DNA of 64,000 bases, taken from the NCBI RefSeq assembly GCF_009914755.1, contig NC_060937.1; one strand, 5' to 3'. Below the pieces are notes generated by a model, which was not told the DNA's origin, searched no databases, and worked only from the letters and a program-made list of their open reading frames with translations. Positions 40,196 to 53,684 of this stretch are shown one piece after another. Source of the DNA: the human T2T-CHM13v2.0 reference genome, Homo sapiens. The position numbers were made by a program, and so were the translations under genes. The first letter of the stretch is position 1. Every line of letters starts with the position of its first letter.

Positions 40196-41477
40196 GGTAA
40201 CAACCACTACTCCATTTTATAATAACCAGATCTCATCTATTTACTCATGTGCAACTGATGAGACCTCCTCAAGCTAGCCTGGATAAACAACACAGAACTG
40301 GCTAATCATATGATTCCACTCTTCTTCCAGCCACAACGATGTGTTCACTTGACTTCCACCAGCCTATGTTTAGGGTTGCATTTCCATGTCATAAAGAGCA
40401 AAAAGAGCTAATGCCTGCAAAGGATAATGAGAAGTTAAAAAGATCAACTATTCTTAGCCTAAAGCCCTGGTTCCAAAGCTCATTGCTTGTGTGAATGAAC
40501 AGCTTTGCTTTGCCAGTATTTATGTTAAATGTTTTTGAGATTTTTTTTTTCAAGTTTTATAACAGAGACATGCTCAATTCTTGACTTATTTTTGTGATTG
40601 ACATAGTAAATATTCATTGCTGGCCTTAATGTAGAAATGTGAATGTTATCATGATTGTAAAATTTTCAAATTGTTCTCTGCTTCAGGCAATAGTTAGTCT
40701 TTGGTATTTAATTATGAAAGAAATGCATTTAGCTATTTAAATATAGAAACAATCTTAGAAAAATAGAGTTTGATTGAACAAAAGGAAATATTAAACTAAA
40801 TCAATATCACTACTATAAAATGATCAGCAGTACATAATTCAACTGACACCATGGCATTCAGCCGATGTTGTGTTAGAATTAATATAAGTACAATTAAAGA
40901 GAGCAGAGCAATAGATTATATAATAAGCAATAAAACAGAATAAGCCCATTTGCCTTCAAGGCTCTTCCATGACTTACAGGCTGAAACACATTGAATTCAA
41001 AGACAAAAATATCCCAGTCTAAGAAGCTGAAACAGGAATCTATCTGAATATTTAGTAGAGTTAAAATATATCTGAAGCCTAAAGAAATGTCATTGAATGA
41101 AATAACAGTAACTGCCTGTGGAATAGAACATGTTTTTGTCTGAAATAGATTTTTTTAAGCTTTCTTTCATCGTTTCAGGAGCAGTTAGCAAGGGATGTGA
41201 AAAATGGCAAAAGCTGGCAAGCATACACACTTACATCACTGCTCTTTCCCAGTGCCCATCACACAAAGTTAACTGTCACCATAGTGGGAGCATGGATTAA
41301 TGTACAACTTACTGTGACCTGACATCCTCATCTATCTTCAACTGTCCTGCTAGCCTGAGGCATGCCGAATGGAACATTGCCTAGAAATGATGCAACTCAC
41401 TCATGCCATGAAAATCTTCCTATCCATAGAGCATTTGACCAAAGCCCTGAGGCTCTTTTGGATTAAAGATGAGGAAA

Positions 41478-41503
41478 ATCAATCAATCAATCAATCAATC
41501 AAT
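41478..41503. repeat. (AATC)n microsatellite
   Basis: Direct reading. Confidence 0.95.
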
Positions 41504-41749
41504 GAGAGAATGATGAAGTTGAATGCATAGAGTTATGAAGCACATTTGATTTGGGGAACTTTCCTTGGTGTTTCAGTTTGGACATCAAATCATGTGTTGG
41601 AATTTTCCACTTCACTCTTTGATGTGTTTTAAAGAGAAAAAGATTTACAACAAGAATAAAACCAAGATTTGAAGAGGAATTATGGCTACCTTTATAATAA
41701 GAGACAAAAGCAAAACAAACTACAAACACAATTTCTCTTAACCCTTTAC

Positions 41750-42128
41750 AGAACTTACGTGTTAGGGCAAACAACCATTCCAAAATCTGGAGAAAGAGGA
41801 CTGCCTATTGGGAAGAATGGCTGGAGCATTTGTTTGCCTGGGATAGACACTGCTAAATTCCACATAAGCTGGAAAGAAAAGTCAGTTAGAAATATAGACT
41901 AGATGTCTAAAGGATAAATGTGATTTAGTGTGAGAGTGTGCAGCCACTGAGGACCACAGGAAAGGGGACTTCAAACCATCATTCAGATGTTTCCTTCACT
42001 AAGCCCACCAAGAGCTCACAGAGAAGATGAGGCAGAATTCTGAGAAATCTTTCCCCCATGGGGAGGATTGAGGAAGGAAATGGCAGCCTCTGTTGAAACT
42101 CCAACCTGACTGGTGTGTCTCTGTCTCT
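41750..42128 (+). mobile_element. Old L1M 5'UTR-like fragment
   Basis: gtgtgagagtgtgcagccactgaggaccacag...gagctcacagagaag...ctgagaaatc. Confidence 0.5.
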
Positions 42129-43127
42129 GTGAACTAGGTGGAATTAAAAAATAGCTTCCAGAATTTCCCTTTCATCTAGTATACATGCCCTGAAGAATTC
42201 CTGGAATTGAGAATAGGATGGATTTTACTCCTGTGATTAGGATATATCCTGTGGCAAGGCTGACCTTATGATATGGTTTTGGTATGTCCCCACCCCCACC
42301 CAAAGCTCATTGTGAATTGTAGTCCTTTAATACCCACGTGTCATGGGAGAGACTCTTTTGGAGGTAATTGAATCATGGAAATGGTTACCCTCCTGCTGCT
42401 GTTCTTGTGACACTGAGTGAGTTCTCATGAGAGCTGATGGTTTTATTATAGGCTTCCCCCTGTCCTACTTCACTCCTACTTCTGTCTCCTGCTGCTATGT
42501 GAAGAAGGATGTGTTTGTTTCCTCTTCCACCATGGTTGTAAGTTCCTGAGACCTCCCCAGTCATGCTAAACTGTGAGTTAATTAAAGCTCTTTCCTTTAT
42601 AAATTACCCAGTCTCCAGTATATCTTTGATAGCAGCATGAAAATGAACTAATACACTTTATAATGAGAAGATTATTCAGGTGGATCTGACCTAATCCAAT
42701 AAACCATTTTACAAGGAGAGACATTCTGTGCTCAGAAAAATTCAAGATGTGAGAAGGATTTGACACACTGGCTTCAAAGATAAAGAGGATCACATGGTGG
42801 GAATGCAGTGTCCTCAAAAGAATAGAAGGACGATCCTGCCTGCCTGAAAGCCAGCAGGGAAAGTAAGACTCCAGTCCTCCAACCACAAGAAACTGAATTC
42901 TGTTATCAGCAAGCAAGTGCATGGAATTGAATTTTTCCACAGAGCCTCCAGATGAAATCTCACTCTGGATGATTGGATTTTAACCTTGACATACCCTGAG
43001 AGGAGAACTAGAAGACATCAGGCCAGACTTCTACCCTACAGAAACTTTGAGATAATTTCTTGTTTGCTTTGTTTTAAGTCACTGAGTTTGTGATAATTTG
43101 TTATGCATCTGTAGAACACAAATACAT
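42129..43127 (+). mobile_element. MLT1E-like LTR interrupted by THE1/MST LTR
   Basis: ggatggattttactcctgtgattagg...gagaagattattcaggtggatctgacctaatc...ttttaagtcactgagtttgtgataatttgttatgca. Confidence 0.8.
42269..42655 (+). mobile_element. THE1/MST solo LTR
   Basis: tgatatgg...ctaataca with 5-bp TSD cctta/cttta. Confidence 0.92.
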
Positions 43128-43280
43128 ACCTCAATGGGATAAAATTCCATTGAGGTATTAAATATAAATTGTCTGAAAAGCTTTTAAATGAAGAATGAAA
43201 GTTTTTAAACGAAGAATATATACCATTTAGATATAAAATAAAGAATAAATACCGTTTATTAAACAATAAATAAAGAATAA

Positions 43281-44322
43281 ATACCTTTCAGGACATAGGC
43301 ATGAGCAAAGACTTCATGACTAAAACACCAAAAGCAATGGCAACAAAAGCCAAAATTGACAAATGGGATCTAATTAAACTAGAATGGGAGAAAATATTTG
43401 CAATCTATCCATCTGACAAAGGGATAATACCCAGAATCTACAAAGAACTTAAACAAATTTCCAAGAAAAATAAAAACAACCCCATCAAAAAATGGGTGAA
43501 GGATATAGACAGACACTCCTCAAAAGAAGACATTTATGTGGCCAACCAACATAGGAAAAAAAGCTCATCATCACTGGTCATTAGAGAAATGCAAATCAAA
43601 ACCACAATGAGGTACCATCTCATGCCAGTTAGAAAGGCGATCATTAAAAAGTCAGGAAACAACAGATGCTTGAGAGGATTTGGAGAAATAGGAACATTTT
43701 TACACTGTTGGTGGGAGCATAAATTAGTTCAACCATTGTAGAAGACAGTGTGGAGATTCCTCGAGGACCTAGAACTAGAAATACCATTTAACCCAGCAAT
43801 CCCATTACTGGGTATATACCCAAAGGATCATAAATCATTCTACTATAAAGACACATGCACACGTATGTTTATTGTGGCAGTATTCACAATAGCAAAGACT
43901 TGGAGCCAACCCAATTGTCCATCAGTGATAGACTGGATAAAGAAAATGTCACATATATGCACTGTGGAATACTATGCAGCCATAAAAAAGAATGAGTTCA
44001 TGTCTTTGTAGGGACATGAATGAAGCTGGAAATCATCATTCTCAGCAAACTAACACAAGAACAGAAAACCAAACACTGCATGTTGTCACTCATAAGTGGG
44101 AGTTGAAGAATGAGAACACATGGACACAGGGAGGGGAACATCACACACTGAGGCCGGTCCGGGGTTGGGGGGCTAGGGGAGGGATAGCATTAGGAGAAAT
44201 ACCTAATGTAGGTGATGGGTTGATGGGTGCAGCAAACCACTATGGCACATGTATACCTATGTAACAAACCTGAACATTCTACGCATGTACCCCAGAACTT
44301 AAAGTATAATAATAATATAAAA
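43281..44322 (+). mobile_element. L1PA7-like 3' part (ORF2 end, 3'UTR, A tail)
   Basis: ORFs 43301-43741 and 43748-44011 are ORF2 C-terminus; small internal deletion near 43381. Confidence 0.96.
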
Positions 44323-45299
44323 ACTTACAACATAGATTTAAAATACAAAGCAAATATTTTTATTGTGATAGGCATTGTGTTTACTAAAAATTCATTACTC
44401 TATTTGTTCATGACCAACATTCAACAGGGTTAACCCAAAAGCATTTCTGCATTTAATTTGCTTCCAAAAAGAGTCTTATTTTATTATTTTAAGAGTTCTT
44501 AATGTTATTTATTTTTATTTCCATTTATTAAATTACATTACTCAAAATTAAGTAAAGTTTTTCTTTCTATCTGGGCAAATTCTGTGTGCTGGCCCAGTTG
44601 CAAATGTACTGATAGTCGCCATTGGTACATAGTTTTTTACTTAATGGAAGTCCTCACAGTTATTTTCTTGTCAAAATTTTCAATAATATGGTAACAATTT
44701 CTATGTGTAATTCAAAGTAATAAAATGGCATTTTTATATGTGTTCCATAATCCAGATATTTTACATATGATTTTCAATTGGTGACATTATGTATTTCAGA
44801 TTCTGATCCAAACTCTATTGCCTTGCTAACAATTAATATGGCACTGAATCAAAGCCTTTCTGAAGTTAAGACCTAAGGCATCTTTGGTTTTCCCCGATAG
44901 TGGGTTTCTCATTCCATTGTAGAATAGCCTGGTAGGTTTTGCTCTTCAGTTGAACTGATTTTTGTCTAATATTCCATGATCCTCTTTGGTCCTTATTACT
45001 CACATATTTTCTTTGTGGTCACCCTTGAAATCAGTTCATATTAACCAAATTATCTTCCAAAGTTTAAACACTTGAGGTGCCATAAGGTATCTTTCACCTT
45101 TTCATCTTGAATTAAACAAATATACATAGCTCAATTATAGAACATAAGAGTGCTGTGATCAAATATCTACAGCCTATTGACCTCTTCCTACACATAAAGT
45201 AATTTCACATAGCCACGAGACTTCCAAAGGTTTTACAATGCCTAACATATAAAATGAGACGTATAATTTACATAATCAGTTTTCTAACAATGTGCCTGA

Positions 45300-45908
45300 G
45301 GTCTTTTTGTATGCCTCTCCTTTTATTGTTGAAATCTGACAGTTGTGTATAGGATAGTAGAGAATAAGGTTAATAGTTTTCACATGGGGATTTGTGTTCA
45401 TCTAAATAGGGATTGGACTGGGTTTGAGTTTGCTGTTGCTATGGTTACCCACAGTACAACAGAGGCTTCAAATTCTTCTTGGTCACCTTACCTTTTTTCA
45501 GTGTATCTTATTTGGTAAGTGGGGGTTACCAAAGCCTGCTCCTCTTTGTGTTCTCTTCTTAGATTTCTCCTTTGTACCACTCTGTAGAGAGAACCTGTGT
45601 CTTGTAGCTATATTTGAAAGTTTCTTACTTGATGCTTGCCAGCATAGCAGGGATGAAGAACCAGTACATGCCCTGACCTTTATACTTAGCCTCAGTCAGG
45701 CAGGCATTGTGAACCCGGGTGGCAGTGGCCCAGCTTTCACTAATGATCCTTCCCCTCCTGCAGGTGCAACACTGGACCTAGTACGTATTCCTGGTCCTAT
45801 GGTGGTTGTTCTTCTGTTGTTCTTATCTTCTTCCCTGAATTGCTGCGGATTTCCAGTGACCTGAGGCTGGTTTTTGTTGCCTTTCCCCCTGAAATTTAAG
45901 ATTTTATC
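45300..45908 (-). mobile_element. Old L1M 5'UTR-like fragment
   Basis: Minus strand gaatttgaagcctctg...gggtaaccatagcaacagcaaactcaaacccag; similar to 55990-56270. Confidence 0.6.
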
Positions 45909-45909
45909 A

Positions 45910-46259
<350 letters not shown>

Positions 46260-46568
46260 AGTTTCTTTTGCTTCTGCATCTTTTATCTACCAGTTTGCCA
46301 CAAGGCTGGCCTAGAGGTTGGCATGTTTATATGTTTGCCATGTAGCACTTACATAATTATAATATAATTTAGAAGAAAACATGTAAAATGTTTTGACATT
46401 TTAAAACTTTCCAGACAATTTATATTTAAAAAATAATCTTTACTCCTACTGACAATTTAATAGGGTGGTGGACAAAATAGGAAACTGGTATTTAATATTA
46501 TTGGGATAAGTTTGAACAAGAAGTGCTTTAAAAGTAAAAATTCAATAATTTAGCGTGATAGCATCAGG

Positions 46569-48912
46569 TGTATTAAGCTGTTCTCACACTGCTATGTAGA
46601 AATACCCAAGACTAGGTAATTCATAAAGAAAAGTGGCTTAATTGACTCACAGTTCCACATGGCTGGGGAGGCTTCAGGAAACTTAAAATCATGGCAGATG
46701 TCACCTCTGCACAGGGTAGCAGGAGAGAGAATGAGTGCCAAGTGATGGGGGAAGCCCCTTATAAAACCATCAGATCTTGTGAGAAGTCACTATCATGAGA
46801 ACAGCATGGGAAGAAACTGACCCCATGATTCAATTACCTCCCACTGCATCCCTCCCATAATACATGGGGATTATGTGATTACTATTCAAGATGAAATTTG
46901 GGTGGGGACACAAAGCCAAACCATATCATTTCACCCCAGCCCCTCCTAAATCTCATGTCCTCACATTTCAAAACACAATCATGCCTTTTCAACAGTCCCC
47001 CAAATTCTTAGCTCATCCCAGCATTAATCCAAATGTGCAAGTCCAAAGTCTCTTCTGAAATAAGGCAAGTTCCTTCCACTTTTGAGCCTGTAAAATCAAA
47101 GCAAGTTAGTTACTTCTAGATACAATAGAGGTACAGGCATTGGGTAAATGCACCCATTCTAAATGGGAGAAATTATCCAAAACAAAGGAGCTACAGGTCT
47201 CATGAAAGCTCGAAATCCAACAGGGCAGTCATTCAACCTTAAAGTTTCAAAATGATCTCCTTTGACTCCATGTATCACATCCACGTCACGCTGATGCAAG
47301 AGGTGGGCTCCCATGGCCTTGGACAGCTCTGCCTCTGTGGCTTTTCAGGGTACAGTCCCCCTCCCAGATGCTTTCAAGAGCTGCTGTTGATTGTCTGTGG
47401 CTTTTCCAGGTGCACAGTGTAAGCTGTTTGTGCATCTACCATTCCTGGGTCCTGAGGATGGCGGCCCTCTTCTCACAGCTCCACTAGGCAGTGCCCCAGT
47501 GCGGACTCTATGTATGGGCTCCAATCCCATATTTCCCTTCAGCACTGTCCTAATAGATATTAATGAGGACTCTGCTCCTGTAGCAAACTTCTGCCTGGAA
47601 ATCCGGGTGTTTCCATACATCCTGTGAAATCTAGGTGGAAGTTTCCAAACCTAAATTCTTAACATATGTTCACCTGCAGGGTCAACATCACATGGAAGCT
47701 GCCAAAGCTTGGGACTTGCATCCTCTGAAGCAATGGCCCAAGCTATACCTTGGACCCTTTTAGCCATGGCTAAAGTTGAAGCAGCTGGGATACAGGTTAC
47801 CATCTCTGTACAGAGGAGGGGGCCCCTGCACAGAGCTGCAGATGCACAAAGTGGGTTGTGGGGACTGGGCCAGGTCCATGAAACTATGATTCCCTCCTAG
47901 TCTTCTGGGCCTGTGATGTGAGAGGCTGCCATGAAGGTCTCCGACATGCTCTGGAGACAGTTTTCCCATTGTCTTGGAGATTAACTTTCAGCTCCTTGTT
48001 ACTTATGCAAATTTCTGCAGTGGGTTTGAGTTTCTACTCAGAAAGTAGGTTTTCCTTTTCTATTTCATCGTCAGGCTACAAATTTTCCAAACTTTTATGC
48101 TCTGCTTCCTCTTGAACATTTTGCCACTTAGAAATTTTTTTCCACCAGACACTTTAAATCATGTCTCTCAAGTTCAAAGTTCCACAGATCTCTAGGGCAC
48201 AAACAGAATGCCACCAGCCTTTTTGCTAAAGCATAGCAAGAGTCACCTTTGCTCCAGTTTCCAAGAAGTTTCTTATCTCCATCCGAGACTACATCAGCCT
48301 GGACTTCATTGTTCATGTCACTATCAGTCTTTTGGTCAACATCATTCAACAGTCTCTTGGAAGTTCCAAACTTTCCCATATCGTCCTATCTTCTTCTGAG
48401 GCCTCCAAGTGTCTAGAAAGTTCCAGACATTCCCACATTTTCCTGTCTTCTTCTAAGCCCTCCAAACTTTTCCAACCTCTGCCTGTTGCTGAGTTCCAAA
48501 GTCACTTCCACATTTTTGGGCATCCTTATAGCAGTGCCCCACTCCCAGTACCAATTTACTGTATTAGTTTTTTCTCACACTAGAGAAAGACTGGGTAATT
48601 CATAAAGAGAAAATTGGTTTAATTGGCTCGCAATTCCACATGGCTGCAGAGGCCTCACCAAACTTACAATCATGGTGGAGGGCATCTCTTCACAGGGTGG
48701 CAGGAGAGAGAATCTGTGCCAAGTGAAAGGGGAAGCCCCTTATAAAACCATCATATCTTGTTAGAACTTATTCAGTATCACAAGAACAGCATGGGGGGAA
48801 CTGCCCCCATGATTCAATTACCTGCCACAGGGTCCCTTTCACAATATATGGGGATTATGGGGTTACGATTCAAGATGAGATTTGGGTGGGTACACAAATC
48901 CAAACCATTTCA
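46569..48912 (-). mobile_element. Full THE1/MST MaLR element (LTR 46569-46928, internal, LTR 48560-48912)
   Basis: Two similar LTRs tgtatt...ccat(a/t)tca around typical MaLR internal sequence. Confidence 0.93.
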
Positions 48913-50086
48913 GTGGGTATCATAAATTGCATGTTACAGATGAGAGTAACATACCAAATTCATATGTCAATTTTTAAACAAAGAATATGTGTATTTAGAG
49001 TATGAATTACCTTACATTTCAGATTCTAAATACAGGCTAAATCAGCATAACTTTCTTGGATTATGTATTCTCAGAATTATAATATTATTAAAAACTTATT
49101 CATAAGACATTTGTAAAACTCATTTGTTTTGTTTTATTCACTTACATTTCCAATAGTTGAAAGGGACTCTAAAAGGCAGGAAAGAGTTAAAATTACTATT
49201 CATAAATCTAATCTTTTAACGTGAAACTATGTTTTTTTTTTTTAATCAAGTGCTGGTGAAAGAGAGAAATTCTTTTTTTATATGGCCAAAATGCATACAA
49301 AACCAATGCTGGCTATAAATATACAACAGGCTATGGTATGTCTACAGAAAAGCAGACTTATACTTGATATTTTAAAAATGAAAAAACAATGTTATTCACT
49401 TACATGGTTTACACATAATTTTGTCTGGAGAAAAAAGAAATGAGCAAAATGCAATTTGGAAGTCAGTTTAAATCTTTTCAATCTGCAATTGTGTATTCAT
49501 CTTTTCAATATTAAGTGAAAATGTAAGAATGACATTGAGGTAGACAGAAAATCACACCTCTTTTGATCACAAGAGTAATTTCTTTATATTTATTAGAATG
49601 CCAGTTTCAAAATATTGTATTCAAACAGGAAGTACCACTTGAAAAGAAAAATCTTTCCAGTATGTACTGTTGTCTTTTACAAGTTAGACTGTATTTGACT
49701 ACACAGAGACACAATATTTGGTACCAGAAGACAAAGTCTACATATATATTTGATGCATTCATTGTTAGAATATTTTTTCTTGGTTATTAATTTAGCTATC
49801 TGTAAACAAGGTGTATGACAGAGTTAATAAGTTTTACCCAAAATAATAAACATTCCCCTCAGAATATTCTCTTTTCTGTCTTAACCACATAAACTCCCTT
49901 TCTGCTCTAGAACTCTGATTTAAATTTGAAATTTTTTTGTATAGAATTCTTCATTGCCTTCTTTCTTCTCCAATCTTTAGTCCTTTGTATTTCTACGAAA
50001 TGAGAGCCTCTTCCATACTGTTACAAAGCACTTCATTCCAGACTTGACCAAGCTCTTCCAGATACATTTTAGTTAGTTAGTTGCTA

Positions 50087-50239
50087 CTGTTGGTTGTAGC
50101 ACACTGCTGAGAAGTCTTATTTTACAAGTAAAATATAAAACCAAACGTATGAACTAACACTGGGACTCTCAAAAGTCCTTCATTCTGTCATTGGCATCAG
50201 AGGCAGTATTTCTAGGCTAGGCACAAAAATAGCATAATA
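50087..50239 (+). repeat. Diverged direct repeat, copy 1
   Basis: Aligns by eye to 51659-51813. Confidence 0.9.
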
Positions 50240-51658
50240 CAAATAACTAAGGTTTCTTCACACAGCCTGCAACTGACACAGACACCCAGAACCACGTGTT
50301 GTTCGCGTTTCCATATTTATAATGCCAGTGTACAATTCGTTTATTACTTAACTTTTCCTCATGTGGTCTTTGAAAAAGCATATATTTTATGCTTTTTCCC
50401 TAGATTTATTTTCTTATATTTATAGAGAACTTTGATATCATATATGAAATATCCAATGCAATTTTTACTCAAATGTCCCATCACGATTATTTTTCATGTT
50501 TATACACCTTCATAAGTATGTAGTGTGAGGAAAATGCAATGCCTTTACTATACACATATAGATATTTTATATACACAAATATGAATACAACAAATACACC
50601 CAATAGCCAAATACACCCAGGCAGGGAAGGAACTTACTAATTTTATCTGGAAATGATAGCTAAAGGAAAATGGCATTTATCAGGAGTTCTGTGATTTCTG
50701 TTGTATTATTCCAAACGGGAAACTTATAAGAGTATAAATATTAAGGAAGCAAGGACATCTGAGCTTCAGTGTCTGATAGACTATAAGAGCTTGGTAACAG
50801 AGCAATCCAAATTTTCCCAACTAAATGGAAAAACAAACTCTTCTATTAAAATCGTTGATTGAGCTATCTCCTAGGTCGCTAAGGTGCTCTCTGGGCAGTC
50901 TTGAGGTTTTATGATGATTATAAAGAGGCGCTTTGCAAATCTGGATCGGGAATGAGCAAGTGCAGTTACTTTTCTATTAAGATGGATGCTGGTGACAAGC
51001 ATGTTTTCCAGTCCAGTCAAAGGATTTCCATTAGGTCCATATTTCTGCTGAAGAAGTTGGGTGCCGTATGTGCAATTAGGGATAAATGCGCCAAGCAGGA
51101 GTCCTCAGTAATGTCCTTCAATTGCTATGAACATTTCATATGGCACTTAAATCTTCATTACGCACACCATTTTTATACAACATAACTTTAAGTAAAAAGA
51201 ATCGGCAGTCTACTAAACGGAGACACTGTGCCCCACAAAAGGTTCATGCATTAAAAACTTATTTAGAAATGTTTTCAAAAAATGGTATACAGAGAGAATT
51301 TCTGTGTAGATGATATTTAGACTGAGTTTCTTAAACAATTGCTAAGATGCAATGCAGCTAATCTTAGATCATGCAAATATTTTACAATGTAGCTATTTTT
51401 TAAATTTAAAATAAAGCTACTATATCACTTTATTATGAAATTAAAATTTCAAAAACATCATGATACAGTGTTTTCTGTGGCTTTATCCTGTGGTTCCTCA
51501 ACTTCTCTATTTTGTGAGGACTCTGGTTTCTATAATCCATCTATTCTTCTTCATATTCTGTCAAAAATAATTGTAACAGAGCAGAGATATTATTACATTT
51601 CGGGTGATGGAGAAGTGGTACTTGTTATTTCTTAGTGAGGGGACACATAGAGTCCCTT

Positions 51659-51813
51659 CTGTTGATTGTAACATACTGCTGAGAAGTCATATTTTAAAAA
51701 GTACAAGTACAAAACCGAACATCTGAACTGAAACTAGGGCACTCTAAAATCCCCCATTCTATCATTGGTATCAGAGGCAGTGTTTCTAGAGTGGATACAA
51801 AAATAGCATAATA
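51659..51813 (+). repeat. Diverged direct repeat, copy 2
   Basis: Shares actgctgagaagtc, tcattgg(c/t)atcagaggcagt, acaaaaatagcataata with 50087-50239. Confidence 0.9.
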
Positions 51814-53276
51814 GCAAGCGTCACACAATAGCATGGGGGCCCAAAGTTATTGCCCGACATGTATCTCTAAAAGATGTTTTCGTGTGGTAAAAAAGGAGTA
51901 GATGCATTACATAGAACTGAATTTTTAAATCATCTTGTAGAGAAAAGAAAGCACAGTTAACTTTGTTAATCTTTGCTGAATACTTTTTCTAGAGATCAAG
52001 GCAGAAATTAAAATTGCATGCCTTGCCTAGGAATTTATTTTAGAGTCAGCATTTCCTAAAAGCCAACATTCATTTAAAATGTAAAATTTTACTCTTCTTT
52101 CTCCAGATCTTTAAAATTTCTGTTGTATTAAATGTTTTAGGAGAATAGCTCTCCTTGGGGAGTCATACATCTTTATCTACAAATAAATTATTTAACAAAA
52201 CAAATATACATTTGTTTCAGATATTTAACATACCTTGTGTAAGCCAACCAAGATCCCAAGCCTCAAAATTAAGTCCTTTATTGTTTACAATCTGCTTTGA
52301 CCACTTAGCTCCAGTCTCTCAGGACAATTATATTTCTTCCTTAAGTGACTAATTTTGTTGTTTCTTTTCATAATTAAAATAATTGAGAATGTAAAATTTG
52401 CCCACCTTTTGTTTCAAATTGTAAAAATACACTGAATAAATATTATATTTTTCTTTCTAAAGCAATATGAGGCCAACACTTTCATATCTTTAAAGAATGG
52501 TAGATTAAATTTCCTGTCTTTGCTTTTAATAAATAATTTAATTCTGGGATATTTAATACTAAGAGTTTCATTATTCTATATTTTTTATAATCTACTGTAA
52601 GAGAGTGGTTTTCATATGTAAACTATTAACATTAATATGAACAGTTTTGTCATTTATGCTTTGAAGAAACTTTCTTCATTATTTTTCTCTTCTGAATGTT
52701 TCAAGTATATTATGAAATATTTTCATCTCTGGATGATTTCCTTAACTAAGAAAATACAAGAATGGCCTATCTCATCAAATATGGATGTTTCTATACTGTT
52801 TCCACCAAAGTAAATGTTCACTGTAATATATGTCACTCTCCTGAGCATGTGTTCACTGCTTCAAATTACACCATCACGATGAAACATAATAATTAAAAAT
52901 ATTTTTATTATATCTTCAAAATTCAACTTGATTCACAATATTTGTAATGCATAGTGTAGTTGTTACTACAGTAATTAAGAAACATCATTTTATCTATGTC
53001 AATATCTACTATGAGGCAAATTGATTATGGATTCATTTTTGGAAAAGTAAATAAACACATCAGAAATATGGCAAACAGATGCACCTGTAGAATTAGAGTT
53101 TTATATATATATATAAAAGTATATATTTTGTGTGTGTATATATAGTATATATTTAGTGTATATATATGTTCAGTGTAGATATTTTTAAATATATAATATA
53201 TATTTTCTAGAAATATATATAATTTTAAATATATAATAATTTGTTATTTTATTAGAATAATATATATATGTGTCAG

Positions 53277-53528
53277 TATATATAAATGTATGGGACTATA
53301 TATATATATAAATGTATGGGACTATATATATATATAAATGTATGGGACTATATATATATAAATGTATGGGACTATATATATATAAATGTATGGGACTATA
53401 TATATATATAAATGTATGGGACTATATATATATATAAATGTATGGGACTATATATATATAAATGTATGGGACTATATATATATATAAATGTATGGGACTA
53501 TATATATATATAAATGTATGGGACTATA
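53277..53528. repeat. 24-26-bp minisatellite (TA)n-aatgtatgggac, 10 copies
   Basis: Direct reading. Confidence 0.97.
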
Positions 53529-53684
53529 GGCACACACCGCCATGCCTAAGTTTTTAATTTTTTTATGGAGATGAGGGTCTTCCTATGCTGCCCAGACTAG
53601 TCTCGAACTCCTGGGCTAAAAAAATCCTCCCATCTTGGCCTCCCAAAGTGCTGGGATTACAGATGTGAGCCACTGTTACCGGCC
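53520..53684 (-). mobile_element. Partial AluJ-like element
   Basis: gggactataggcacacaccgccatgcct...ctcccaaagtgctgggattacag...cggcc. Confidence 0.9.

Noticed and set aside
45424-45864. 146-aa hydrophobic ORF
   Set aside because: Antisense reading of T-rich old L1M sequence; non-ATG start
50911-51051. C/D box snoRNA (atgatga ... ctga)
   Set aside because: No terminal stem or recognisable guide; the boxes are common by chance
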